From Candidatus Hodarchaeaceae archaeon (lineage in GTDB: Archaea > Hadarchaeota > Hadarchaeia > Hadarchaeales > Hadarchaeaceae): 31,184 nt of DNA. The stretch is taken from assembly GCA_030018135.1 (NCBI GenBank), contig JASEGJ010000012.1, positions 1 to 31,184 of the forward strand, written 5' to 3'. Made by a program: the position numbers and the translations under genes. The notes under the pieces were generated by a model, which worked only from the letters and a program-made list of their open reading frames with translations, made no database searches and was not told the DNA's origin. Position 1 is the stretch's first letter. The number at the start of each line of letters is the position of its first letter. Positions 7,767-17,271 of this stretch are shown piece after piece.

Positions 7767-8747
7767 CTAGATGACCTCCCTCGCCCTTTGCGCGATCGAT
7801 ACCATGTTTTTGAGCTTCGCGAACGCGACGTCGCGCGGCAGGTATTCCAGCCCGCAGGACGGGTTCAAATAAGCGCGGTCGGCTTCGACGTGCGCGAGTA
7901 TGCGCCTCAGCAACGAGATCGTTTCTCCCTCGCCCTCGATCCTCGTGTTGCGCGCGTCGATCAACCCTAGCCCGAGCTCCTTCTCAGAGCCCGATGCCTC
8001 TATGGCGCCCACCAGCCTTTTGCCGTAGGTGAAGTCGAGCCCCAGCGCGTCCACCTGCAGCTCCTGAAGCTCGTCGTAGAGGGGGGCGGCATCGCCGAAG
8101 TATAAGTAAAGGGCAAGCCGGGCTCCGTGCTTTCGCCCCGCCAGTCTTTCAACCGCTGTGCGCAGAAGCTCGAAATCTCTAGGATTTTTTAATATCGCTG
8201 GCTCGTCGATTTGAATTATCTCAGCACCGACCTTCACCAGCTCCTCGACCTCATTTGCGATGACCTGCGCGAGGTCGGCAACTACCGAGGGAAAATCCTC
8301 GTAGTACCTATTGATGGAAAGCTTGGCGAGGGTATAGGGCCCGGTGAGCACCGGCTTGACGGGGACGGGGGAAACGCCCTTCGCGAAGACGAACTCATCC
8401 CTGACGATGGGCGCCGCCCAACGCAAACGCCTCACGATCACCGGCTGGCGGAAGTAGGTGTTGGTGTCGAAGAACCTGAGGAGGCCGTTTATCTCGCAAC
8501 CCTCAAGCCCCTTGGCGAAGTGGGAGACCTGGTCGTACCACCGCACCTGCCCGTCGGTCACGATGTCCAGCCCAGCCCTCGCCTGCTCTTGAATCACCTC
8601 CCCCGTGACCTCGTTTTGTACCTCTCCAAATTTTTCGTCCGAGATCTCGCCCTTCTCCCACTGCGCGTAGGCCCGCCGCAGCCTCTGCTGCTCGGGCAGG
8701 TCGCCGATGCGGGGGTAACTTCCGGCGTTCGTCGTCAAAAGCTCCAT
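7767..8747 (-). CDS. MetE N-terminal-like (non-catalytic) subunit of split methionine synthase
   Basis: GSYPRIG, RFFDTNTYFRQP, LTGPYTL, QIDEPAI, PSCGLEYLP; HxC replaced by YLY. Start placed at ATG 8747; abuts the catalytic subunit with no gap. Confidence 0.85.
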   Translation of the reverse strand: MELLTTNAGSYPRIGDLPEQQRLRRAYAQWEKGEISDEKFGEVQNEVTGEVIQEQARAGLDIVTDGQVRWYDQVSHFAKGLEGCEINGLLRFFDTNTYFRQPVIVRRLRWAAPIVRDEFVFAKGVSPVPVKPVLTGPYTLAKLSINRYYEDFPSVVADLAQVIANEVEELVKVGAEIIQIDEPAILKNPRDFELLRTAVERLAGRKHGARLALYLYFGDAAPLYDELQELQVDALGLDFTYGKRLVGAIEASGSEKELGLGLIDARNTRIEGEGETISLLRRILAHVEADRAYLNPSCGLEYLPRDVAFAKLKNMVSIAQRAREVI

Positions 8748-8811
8748 GCCATCCCGAAAAGAGGATATGGGGGGGCGCATAAAATAGTTGCTATCAGGTT
8801 GGGTCGAGAGG

Positions 8812-10173
8812 ATGCAACCTAGGATGGTACGGATCCCGGAGATGGGCGCGGTGGATCTCAGTGGAAGGCCGTATTTCATCGTGGCGTCAGTCGAGCTCGG
8901 CAACGTTGTCACGAAATGCACGTTCGTCGCGACCGACCTAGAAACCCGCCGGACTTATGTTCTGGGCGGGGGTGCGCGACCCACGCGGGAGATCAGGCCA
9001 CCGGGACCGGACGAGGGGATAATCGGGAGGACCGTCGCCGGAGTCGAGCTCGCCGAGACCTCGGTGGAGGAATTTGTGGCAGATGTCGTGCGACTCTCGC
9101 TTGAGTCGGCGAGGCTAAACCTCGACGACCTGCACTTCGTCGTCTGCTCCACAGATGCGGTCGCTGGGCTCGCCAGCCCATCCGAGGTCGATGCGATCGT
9201 CAAAACTATTGCGAACGGTTGCTCGGCAGCTGGCGTGCGACCCGAGCAAATGGTGCCGCCGCTTGAGCCCACTGACATGCCGACCGAGTTGAGATCGTTC
9301 TCCGCGCTCGGCCGGAGGCGATTTGATGGCATCGTCGCGGGCATGCGCACATTTGGTCGAACTCGTTTGAGCGCGAATCAGATGAAGGGCGAGCTGGCCC
9401 TGGCGGGGGTGAAGGAGGGCGCGCGATCGGTCGTCGTCGACCTTCGCAATCCTGTCATGGCAATACATTTCGGAACGTTGCTCGCCGGGTTGGTGACCGG
9501 CGATGAAGAGCTCGCGAGCCCGGTCGGGATAATCTGCGGTTTGGGCGGCGCCATACCTGACGCCATGGCGAGGGGCTCCGGCGGTGTTGACCGGAAGCTT
9601 GGAGCGGCGCTCGATCTCCCTCCCGCGAGGGGCGATGCGTACGCTGAAATGGCGGGGGAACTCGCGGCTAGGGCGATGAAAACGGTCGGGATAGGAAGGG
9701 TCTCAGTTGGCAGACCAAGCGTCGGAATGATACCCATCGACACTAGGGCTGCGTACGAAGCTGGCGCGGTGCCGATCGGCTGCGATGTTGGGCGGGATGG
9801 TAAAGACCTGCCGAAGCTCATCGAGCTCGGATGCGATGCGGCCAGCTATGGACTGCCCACCTTGCATGCGACGATCGATCGCACCTGCGCACAGGTGGTG
9901 GCGCGACTCATAAAAACGGCTGACGACGAGGGGCTGCTAACAGAGCGAACGGCGTTCGGCATAGCCGGGCGAGCGGGCATAACGGGCGATAAGCCGAGGC
10001 TCGTGCTTGAGCTGCTGGGCGACATGGGGTTTGACGACATCGCCAACCGCGTGGTCTTCGTCGGGGATGGCTTGGCCCTCGGCGGCGCGGTCAGGGCGCG
10101 TTGTTTATGTGCCCTTTGCCCAGCCTGCCCGCCCCTGTGCGGTGCGCGGGGCAAGGACTTCAGTGCTTTTTGA
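8812..10173 (+). CDS. Methanogenesis marker protein 14 (DUF2114)-like ASKHA-fold protein, divergent
   Basis: PYFIVASVELGNVVTKC, TREIRPP, DLHFVVCST, GELALAGVKEGA, DLRNP, IICGLGGAIPDA, IGCDVGRDG, GRAGITGDKP and VFVGDGLA match the recalled marker-14 motif order. Confidence 0.8.
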   Translation: MQPRMVRIPEMGAVDLSGRPYFIVASVELGNVVTKCTFVATDLETRRTYVLGGGARPTREIRPPGPDEGIIGRTVAGVELAETSVEEFVADVVRLSLESARLNLDDLHFVVCSTDAVAGLASPSEVDAIVKTIANGCSAAGVRPEQMVPPLEPTDMPTELRSFSALGRRRFDGIVAGMRTFGRTRLSANQMKGELALAGVKEGARSVVVDLRNPVMAIHFGTLLAGLVTGDEELASPVGIICGLGGAIPDAMARGSGGVDRKLGAALDLPPARGDAYAEMAGELAARAMKTVGIGRVSVGRPSVGMIPIDTRAAYEAGAVPIGCDVGRDGKDLPKLIELGCDAASYGLPTLHATIDRTCAQVVARLIKTADDEGLLTERTAFGIAGRAGITGDKPRLVLELLGDMGFDDIANRVVFVGDGLALGGAVRARCLCALCPACPPLCGARGKDFSAF

Positions 10174-11828
10174 CCTGCCCCTGGTAAATTTCCCTTACCC
10201 TTTGGATGGTGTCGGCTTCCTCCGGTCCCTTATCCTCACGAACTCTGGTTACCCTGGCGAAACGCAGGGCCATGCCGCACTTGTACTTTGGGCTCCGCTG
10301 GACCTCGTTGTAAGCCACCTCCACCACTATTTTGGGAGTCACGATGACGCGCCGCCCCTCCCGCTTGACGGTCAGCTCCTTCAGCCGCTCGGTCATCTCG
10401 ACGATCTCTCTATCGGTGAGCCCCTTGAAGGTCTTGCCGACGATTAAGAACTCTCCCGTCTCGGCGTCGCGGGCCGCGAGGTAGTAGTCCGATAGCCACT
10501 CGTGGCGCCTCCCATAGCCGTACTCGGCAGCGACGATGACCAAGTCGAGCGGCTCCAGCACCGGTTTGACCTTCAACCAAAGCTTGCCCCGCAAGCCGGG
10601 CGTGTAGTGGCCGTCGAGCCGCTTCGCCATAAGCCCCTCGTGTCCGGCGCGCAATGCGTCATCTAGGAATCGCTCCGCATCCCCAACGTTGCTGGTGGTG
10701 AGCTGCTCGATCAGCGGTATGCCATCTGCGACCTCGGCAAGCTTGGCACGACGCTCATGATATGGAAGGTCGACCAAGCTCACGCCGTCGAGAAAGATGA
10801 TGTCGAAAAGGTAAAGTCCGACCGGCAGCTCCTGCATCATTTGCTTGATTTCCCGCTCCCTCCGGAAGCGCTGCATCAGGTATTGAAACGGTAGCGGCTT
10901 TCCCTGCTTGTCCAGCGCGATGATCTCCCCCTCGAGGATTGCCTCGCGGACTTGGAGCCCGTGCGCCCGCCTGACCACCTCCGGCAGACTTTCCGTCACG
11001 TCCGTCAGCCTGCGGCTGAAGATCCTGACAACATCGTCGGACTTATGAATTTGGACGCGGGCGCCATCTAGCTTGTGCTCGAACGCCGCCTCGCCGCCGT
11101 GTATTTTTAGCGCCTCCCTGATGCTGTCAACGCTTTGGGCCAGCATGGGCTGAATTGGCCTGAGGACTTGAGGTCGTAGCGCGGCCACGCCCTCCTCGCC
11201 ACGTTTCCTCGCAACCCTTGCGACATCGGCAACATCGCCGACAAACATCGCCGCCCGCTGAACCAGCTTTTGGGGCAAATCGAATGCCCTTGCAACGGCG
11301 AGTTCCATCAGACCCTCCTGAAAGCCCGTCCTCATCTCACCCACGATTATCTTGACCAAGTACTTCACCTCGAGCGGCACCGCGTTGCCCAGCAGTGCCT
11401 CGAGCAACCTCTTCTTTCGTTCGCGGGCGCCCGGACCGCGAGCCTCAGCGATGCCATCGAAAGTCCAACTGACGTCGAGTATGCCGAGCGGCCTTTCGAT
11501 CAGTGCGGCCTGTCGCCTGACCTTGCTGGACTCGAACACCATCGCTGCCGCTGCGCCCAAGTCGCCAGTTTTATCGAAGGCCTTTGCAAATCGCTCGTGT
11601 TCAACCTGCGTCAGCCGCCGGATTACATCGTAGAGTGCAGCCCAGCTGATATCAAGTGTCTTTTGACTCCACCTTGGAAACGCGCGGCCCAAAATCATCG
11701 ATACTGCTGGCTCGAGTTCCGCCGGTTGAAGCCCGCGCAGGAACCCTGCGACAAGCTCGACCATCTCCCCCCTCCCGCGCATCGCCCCGAGTTTTTCGCA
11801 GAGCTCAGCCAACTTCTCGAAATTTCAT
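10160..11828 (-). CDS. lig: ATP-dependent DNA ligase
   Basis: Motif I EHKLDGAR, EGEII, FDII, EGLMAK, WLKVK, LRFARV. Likely true start is ATG 11828 (MKFEKLAELCEKL) with one extra T near 11821; the ORF track starts at TTG 11812. Confidence 0.95.
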
Positions 11829-11937
11829 CCTATCCACGTGAATACCTAAGTTGCAATTGGGCGATAAGTCTTTTAGAGCGCACAGAAGGGAAGACACTTA
11901 TTTAAAGTTCGTGCTTAACACAAATTTTGGGTCATCG

Positions 11938-12873
11938 ATGGGGAAGGGCAGCGGTTTTGGAAAGGTGATCTTGTTAAACGAGCACTTCGTCGTCTACGGC
12001 GTGCCGTCGATCGTTTCCGCGATCGAGCAAGCGACGGTCGCGCTGGTGGAGCCGTTCGATGGTCGAGGCTGGATCATAGAGGATCGAAGGCCAGCTACGC
12101 CGGGCTACAAGGAGGAGAAGCTGGATCAGCAGAGGGGGTCCATCGAAAGAGTTTTAAAAGCTGCTAAAATTGACCCCTCTCGAAATCCGATTAAAATCGT
12201 GCTCGAAGGGGACTTGGTCGCGTCGAGCGGAATTGGAGCCAGCGCCGCGTCCTGCGTTGCCATCGCTAGGGCGCTGTCGGACGAGTTCGGCTTGGACCTC
12301 TCGGATGAAAGGGTAAACGAGATAGCCTACGAGGGCGAAAGGGCATACCACGGAACTCCCTCCGGGATCGACAACACGGCGGCAACTTACGGAGGCCTCA
12401 TCTGGTTCGTGCGGGGTACCCTAAACGTGATAGAGAGGATCAGAATAAGGAAGCCAGTCGAAATCGTGATGGGGAACACCGGCATGGTCGCGGACACCGC
12501 GGCGGCGGTAGCGGGGGTTCGCGAGCGCAGGGAAAGATATCCGGAGAAATACGACAAGCTGTTTAAGGCCGCGGAGGGGCTGGCGCGTGACGCTAGGAGG
12601 GCCGTTGAGGATTTTGACCTGAGGGAGTTGGGAAGGCTGATGGACGAGAACCACAAGCTACTGCAGGGGATAGAGGTCTCCTGCAAGGAACTTGATTTTT
12701 TGGTCGAGCTGGCGCGGAAGCATGGCGCACTCGGTGCAAAGCTGACCGGGGGAGGCCTCGGGGGCAACATGGTCGCGCTCACGCCGGGCAAGGAGCTGCA
12801 GGAGCGAGTGGCAAAGGCTATAGAGAAGGAGGGCTTCGAGGTCCTCAGGACGAGAATCGGGGTGAAAACATGA
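11938..12873 (+). CDS. mvk: Mevalonate kinase
   Basis: GKVILLNEHFVVYG, SSGIGASAA, HGTPSGIDN and GAKLTGGGLGG GHMP motifs; operon context. Confidence 0.92.
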   Translation: MGKGSGFGKVILLNEHFVVYGVPSIVSAIEQATVALVEPFDGRGWIIEDRRPATPGYKEEKLDQQRGSIERVLKAAKIDPSRNPIKIVLEGDLVASSGIGASAASCVAIARALSDEFGLDLSDERVNEIAYEGERAYHGTPSGIDNTAATYGGLIWFVRGTLNVIERIRIRKPVEIVMGNTGMVADTAAAVAGVRERRERYPEKYDKLFKAAEGLARDARRAVEDFDLRELGRLMDENHKLLQGIEVSCKELDFLVELARKHGALGAKLTGGGLGGNMVALTPGKELQERVAKAIEKEGFEVLRTRIGVKT

Positions 12874-14144
12874 ACATGCGCGAGTTCGTCGAGTTCCTCG
12901 ACGAGAAGGGGCTTCTAATAAAAATAGGGAGGCAAGTAAGCGTCAGGTACGAGGCGGCGGCCCTGATGAAAATGCTGGACGGGAAGCCGATCCTCTTCAA
13001 AAATGTCAAGGGATTCGAGATGTCGGTGGCGGCGAACGTCTGCTCCTCGAGGGAGCTAATAGCGATGGGGCTGGGGATAAAGAAAAATGAGATCATAAGC
13101 AGGCTGACGAAGGCCATCGATCACCCGAAGGAGCCCAAAGTGGTGGAGGCAGAAGGTTACGAGGAAATCGACGCCGACCTCACGAAGCTCCCGATCCTGA
13201 CGTACTACCCCATCGACGGGGGACCATACATCTCCTCCGGCGTCGTCGTGGCGAGCGACAGGGACCTCGGTCTCAACGCTTCGTTCCACAGGATGATGGT
13301 CATAGGAAAAGACGAGGTGGCGATGAGGATACTTCCGAGACACTTTGACGAGTTCCTGAAGCGGGGAAACAAGGAGTTCGCGATATGCATCGGAAATTCA
13401 GTGCCGGTGCTCGTGGCCTCCGCTGTCTCGGCGGAGCTCGGGAAGAGCGAGTTGAGTATCGCAAACGCCTTGGCTGAGACGAATCTGATGGAGTTCGACG
13501 GGCACAAGGTTCCGGAGGCTGAGATAGTCATGATCGCGGAGATGACCGACGAGCTGCACGACGAGGGACCCTTCATAGACCTGACCGAGACGCCCGACAT
13601 CGTCCGAAAGCAGCGGGTGGCGAGGATAAAGAAAATATTCGTAAAAAAGGACCCGATCTTCCAGGCGCTGCTTCCGGGCGGCTTGGACCACAAGTTATTG
13701 ATGGGGATGCCCCGCGAACCCACTATCTTCAGGGAAGTCAGCAAGGTTTGCGAGTGCAAGGATGTCCTGATAACCCCCGGGGGATGTTCTTGGTTGCACG
13801 CTGTCGTCAGCATAAGGAAAAAGGGACCGGACGACGGCAGGAAGGCGATAGAGGCCGCCCTCAGGGGACACAAGTCGCTAAAACACATTTTCGTGGTCGA
13901 CGATGACATAGACATCCACAACCCCGGCGAGGTGGAGTGGGCGATGGCGACGAGATTTCAAGGCGACCGAGACATGATCATCAGAAGGGAGCCCGGCTCC
14001 TCGCTGGACCCGTCCTCAGACCTTGAAACGAGGGACACCGCAAAGGTGGGCTTCGACCTGACGATACCTTGGGGGAGGGACAAAAGAGAGTTCAGGAAGC
14101 CCGACCTGCCGATGAAGCTCGACCTCAAGGATTACCTGGAGTGA
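12870..14144 (+). CDS. UbiD-family decarboxylase, probable trans-anhydromevalonate 5-phosphate decarboxylase
   Basis: DGGPYIS, NASFHRM, DEGPFID, GGCSWLH, VVDDDID, WAMATRFQ, GSSLDPS; overlaps mvk (ATGA). Confidence 0.88.
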   Translation: MNMREFVEFLDEKGLLIKIGRQVSVRYEAAALMKMLDGKPILFKNVKGFEMSVAANVCSSRELIAMGLGIKKNEIISRLTKAIDHPKEPKVVEAEGYEEIDADLTKLPILTYYPIDGGPYISSGVVVASDRDLGLNASFHRMMVIGKDEVAMRILPRHFDEFLKRGNKEFAICIGNSVPVLVASAVSAELGKSELSIANALAETNLMEFDGHKVPEAEIVMIAEMTDELHDEGPFIDLTETPDIVRKQRVARIKKIFVKKDPIFQALLPGGLDHKLLMGMPREPTIFREVSKVCECKDVLITPGGCSWLHAVVSIRKKGPDDGRKAIEAALRGHKSLKHIFVVDDDIDIHNPGEVEWAMATRFQGDRDMIIRREPGSSLDPSSDLETRDTAKVGFDLTIPWGRDKREFRKPDLPMKLDLKDYLE

Positions 14145-14148
14145 TGGC

Positions 14149-15333
14149 TTGTACCTGACGAAAGAGCAGGAGCGGATGTTGAGCGGGGAGTACGGCGAGG
14201 TCCTGGAGCGGAACTTCAGGTTGCTCGTCAGGTTGGGCGAAATCTACGGCGCCGATAGGATGATCCCCGTGGGCTCGGTTCAGGTCGCTGGCGTCTCCTA
14301 CAAGTCCATCGGCGACCCGGGACTTGAGTTCCTTGAGGACCTGGCGGACAAGGGGGCTAGAGTTAGGGTGCCGACCACCCTGAACCCGCCCGGCATGGAC
14401 CTCGAGGACTGGAGGGAGCTCGGCTTTCCTAGGGACTTTGCCGAGAAACAGCTGAGGATAATCGACGCCTTCCGCAGGATGGGTGTGGCGATGACTGCGA
14501 CTTGCACCCCCTACCTCGTCGGCAACCTTCCGCGCTTCGGCGAGCACCTCGCTTGGTCCGAGTCGTCGGCGGTCTCCTTCGCGAACTCGGTGATCGGGGC
14601 GCGGACGAACCGCGAGGGCGGGCCCTCGGCGCTCGCGGCGGCGCTCTGCGGGGTGACTCCCAACTATGGACTGCACCTTGACGAGAACCGAAGGCCGAGC
14701 GTCGTGATAAAGGTCGATGCCGAGCTGAGGCGCGAGTCAGATTTCGGCGCCCTGGGCTACCACGTCGGAAAGACCATCGAGAAGGGGGTGCCCTACTTTT
14801 ATGGAATCAAGGACGCCGATGTCGACCAGCTGAAGGCCCTCGGCGCCGCGATGGCTGCGTCGGGGGCTATTGCCTTGTACCACGTCGAGGGCCTGACGCC
14901 GGAAGCTACTCTCGTGACAACCGGAGGGCTCGGGACGATCGAGGTCGGCGAGCGGGAGCTGAGGGAGGCCCACGAGGGGCTCAACACCGGGCGGGAGCCG
15001 GACATAGCCATCCTCGGCTGCCCCCACGCCTCGCTGGCGGAGATCGCGGAGCTGGCGGGCAAGCTCGAGGGGAGGCGCCTCCGCAAGCCCCTCTGGATCT
15101 GCACCGCGCGCGCGACCAAGCGGGCGGCGGCTGAGATGGGACTCGTCGATAAGATAGAAAGAGCTGGAGGCAAGGTGGTCGCCGACACCTGCGCGGTGGT
15201 CGCGCCCATCGAGCGCATGGGCTTTAAGTGCACGGCCGTGAACTCCGGCAAAGCGGCGAACTACCTGCCGGGCTTTTGTAAGCAGGCCGTCGTCTTCAAA
15301 AGCGTCGACGAGATATTGGAGATGGTGACATGA
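14149..15333 (+). CDS. Aconitase X-type phosphomevalonate dehydratase, large subunit
   Basis: GVSYKSIG, TCTPY, WSESSA, NSVIGARTNREGG, GCPH, DTC (Fe-S cysteines), NSGK. Confidence 0.88.
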   Translation: MYLTKEQERMLSGEYGEVLERNFRLLVRLGEIYGADRMIPVGSVQVAGVSYKSIGDPGLEFLEDLADKGARVRVPTTLNPPGMDLEDWRELGFPRDFAEKQLRIIDAFRRMGVAMTATCTPYLVGNLPRFGEHLAWSESSAVSFANSVIGARTNREGGPSALAAALCGVTPNYGLHLDENRRPSVVIKVDAELRRESDFGALGYHVGKTIEKGVPYFYGIKDADVDQLKALGAAMAASGAIALYHVEGLTPEATLVTTGGLGTIEVGERELREAHEGLNTGREPDIAILGCPHASLAEIAELAGKLEGRRLRKPLWICTARATKRAAAEMGLVDKIERAGGKVVADTCAVVAPIERMGFKCTAVNSGKAANYLPGFCKQAVVFKSVDEILEMVT

Positions 15334-15713
15334 AGGGCAGGGCGATCAGCCCGGGCAGGGCGAGCGGCGAGGCGCTGGTCTCGAGGGAACCCCTGAGCTT
15401 CTACGGCGGGGTAGACCCCAAGACAGGCATGGTCACGGAAAGGGGGCACGAGCTCGAGGGCAAATGCGTGAAGGATAAAATCCTGGTCTTCCCCCGCGGA
15501 AAGGGCTCGACCGTCGGCTCCTACGTGATCTACGGGCTGAAGAAAAACGGCGTCGCCCCCGCCGCGATCGTCAACAAGGAGACGGAGACCATCGTGGCGA
15601 CTGGAGTCATCTTAGCTGGAATCCCCTGCGTCGATGGAATTGATATAGACAAGATCAAAACAGGGGACAGGCTGACGGTGGATGGCGACAACGCAGTTGT
15701 CGAGCTTGGGTAA
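15330..15713 (+). CDS. Aconitase X swiveling domain (DUF126), phosphomevalonate dehydratase small subunit
   Basis: GEALVS, SFYGGVDP, KGSTVGSY, AGIP; overlaps large subunit (ATGA). Confidence 0.9.
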   Translation: MKGRAISPGRASGEALVSREPLSFYGGVDPKTGMVTERGHELEGKCVKDKILVFPRGKGSTVGSYVIYGLKKNGVAPAAIVNKETETIVATGVILAGIPCVDGIDIDKIKTGDRLTVDGDNAVVELG

Positions 15714-15771
15714 TTGAAGAGGGGTGGCCTGAGGGATACGAAGGATTTTAAAACGTTGGGGGTTGGGTTGC

Positions 15772-16008
15772 ATGACCGGTCCGGCTGAGAGCAAGGTAGA
15801 GATAGAGGCCAAGGTGTACATACACAAGCGCGATCCACTGACGCGCTCAAAGATCCCGCACATCGACATTGAGGCACCGATCTTGAATGAGATCATCAAG
15901 CCCGACGAGACGACCTTCGTGAGCGGAAAGGAAGGCGGAGTTTTCATAGGGCTCAGGCGGGAGATGCTGGCGCGGCTCGAGCATGTGTTGGAAAAATTGG
16001 AAAAGTAG
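15772..16008 (+). CDS. Small hypothetical protein
   Basis: 78 aa ORF with natural composition; own TATA-like TTTTAAAA about 20-25 nt upstream. Confidence 0.65.
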   Translation: MTGPAESKVEIEAKVYIHKRDPLTRSKIPHIDIEAPILNEIIKPDETTFVSGKEGGVFIGLRREMLARLEHVLEKLEK

Positions 16009-16067
16009 TCCTCTGGAATGGAAACCTTCTGTCAGCACATGGAATATCCAGCTGCCACTTTCACGAG

Positions 16068-16080
16068 AAGGTTTAATATC
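16068..16080 (+). promoter_or_regulatory. BRE-TATA promoter of tRNA-Val
   Basis: AAGG-TTTAATAT about 22-30 nt upstream of the tRNA 5' end. Confidence 0.6.
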
Positions 16081-16100
16081 GTGCAACAGAATTTTTACTC

Positions 16101-16173
16101 GGGCCCGTGGTCTAGCGGTTATGACGGCAGTCTCACACACTGCAGATCCGGGGTTCGAATCCCCGCGGGCCCA
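16101..16173 (+). tRNA. tRNA-Val (anticodon CAC), intronless, CCA not encoded
   Basis: Acceptor GGGCCCG/CGGGCCC, anticodon stem GCAGT/ACTGC with loop CT-CAC-AC, T arm CGGGG-TTCGAAT-CCCCG, discriminator A. Confidence 0.95.
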
Positions 16174-16299
16174 TCATTTATTTCGGTAGTCGTCGATCCT
16201 CCGCCCGAGAAGAGACATCGTGCACCAAGATGCCCGCGTTAAGTAAGCTTTAATAATGCAGAAGGAGATGTCACTTCACCAAAAGAGGGAGTTGAAGGA

Positions 16300-16533
16300 G
16301 TGTATAGGCCAAGAGGATTCAGACCGAGAGGTGAACGAGGGCCGCCTGCTCCGGTTAAAGTGGGCGACACACCCACCGTGAAGATAGAGGGACGAGGAAA
16401 GGGTGGCGACGGGATCGCCCGCGTGGAGGGGTTCGTGGTCTTCGTGCCCGGCACAAACGTCGGGGATGAGGTAAGGGTCCGGATAACCGCCGTACAGCGA
16501 AGATTTGCCACAGCTGAAGTTGTTAGGGGGTAA
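16300..16533 (+). CDS. Single TRAM-domain RNA-binding protein
   Basis: PVKVGD...[33 protein letters not shown]; preceded by GGAG SD and upstream TTTAATAA. Confidence 0.92.
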   Translation: MYRPRGFRPRGERGPPAPVKVGDTPTVKIEGRGKGGDGIARVEGFVVFVPGTNVGDEVRVRITAVQRRFATAEVVRG

Positions 16534-16602
16534 GTTCCTTTTTTATCCGAGGCTCTGGCAATTCTCCCCCAAATAGCGGTAGCTAAAAACTTGAAATTTT
16601 AG

Positions 16603-17271
16603 TCACCACCCGCGTATCGCCTCCCCGCCGCAGAACCTGGTCACATAATCCACCGCGACCTCGCCAGCGTTTGCCAAGACGTCCCACCCTATGCCAGGCA
16701 CGCCGCAGATCAGGAGCATGACATTTTTCGTGGCGCTCGAGACCTTCGTTTGCTCGGCATCGCGGTAGGGGTAAATCGCGATTAACTTCTCCGCGTCAGT
16801 GACGATTACTTCCTCGCCAGCCAGCTTTTTGGGCGCCTGCATCCCTATGCCGAGGAAGCCCTCACCGGGGCGCGCGAACCTCATCATCGGCTCGCCGACG
16901 AGCAGGTCTCGATCGAAAGCGGCCAAAGCGATGCATGTCTTTATGGAGGCCAAGTTGTAGGCGTCGACGGCATTGTTTACGCTCGGGATGGGCTTCCCTG
17001 CCAAAATTCGCCTGATCAGCGCCTCCGCGGCTGGGCGGACCTTCGTGGGGTCTATGCCCACCCTCCAGAAGAAGTCCCGATAGGCCCTAAATGTGGGCAT
17101 GTCCTTCAACGACTCCAGCGTGTACCGCCGCCTCGTTTCCTCTAACAGCTGCTTAGAAAACTCTTTCAGGCGCTCGTCGCTCCGCCCGACCTTCACGCCC
17201 TCGACGTGAGCGACCAACGTGCAGAGGCCGGGAAATCTGGCCCTCAGCTCCCGAGCCACCCTCAACTCCAT
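16603..17271 (-). CDS. Stand-alone B3/B4 (PheRS beta-like) domain protein, putative aminoacyl-tRNA trans-editing factor
   Basis: AYRDFFWRVGIDPTKVRPAAEALIRR, NNAVDAYNLAS, YPYRDA motifs. Confidence 0.88.
   Translation of the reverse strand: MELRVARELRARFPGLCTLVAHVEGVKVGRSDERLKEFSKQLLEETRRRYTLESLKDMPTFRAYRDFFWRVGIDPTKVRPAAEALIRRILAGKPIPSVNNAVDAYNLASIKTCIALAAFDRDLLVGEPMMRFARPGEGFLGIGMQAPKKLAGEEVIVTDAEKLIAIYPYRDAEQTKVSSATKNVMLLICGVPGIGWDVLANAGEVAVDYVTRFCGGEAIRGW

Noticed and set aside
6765-8747. Frameshifted single metE, or two redundant core methionine synthases
   Set aside because: Both halves are complete ORFs, stop abutting start; only one has the HxC/E/C zinc ligands. This matches the known split-MetE arrangement.
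12870-15713. UbiD as a ubiquinone/aromatic decarboxylase and AcnX as a hydroxyproline dehydratase
   Set aside because: Translational coupling to mevalonate kinase points to the archaeal mevalonate pathway.
16101-16173. tRNA-Val as integration site of an element in this window
   Set aside because: No duplicated tRNA 3' end and no integrase found; flanking genes are housekeeping-type.
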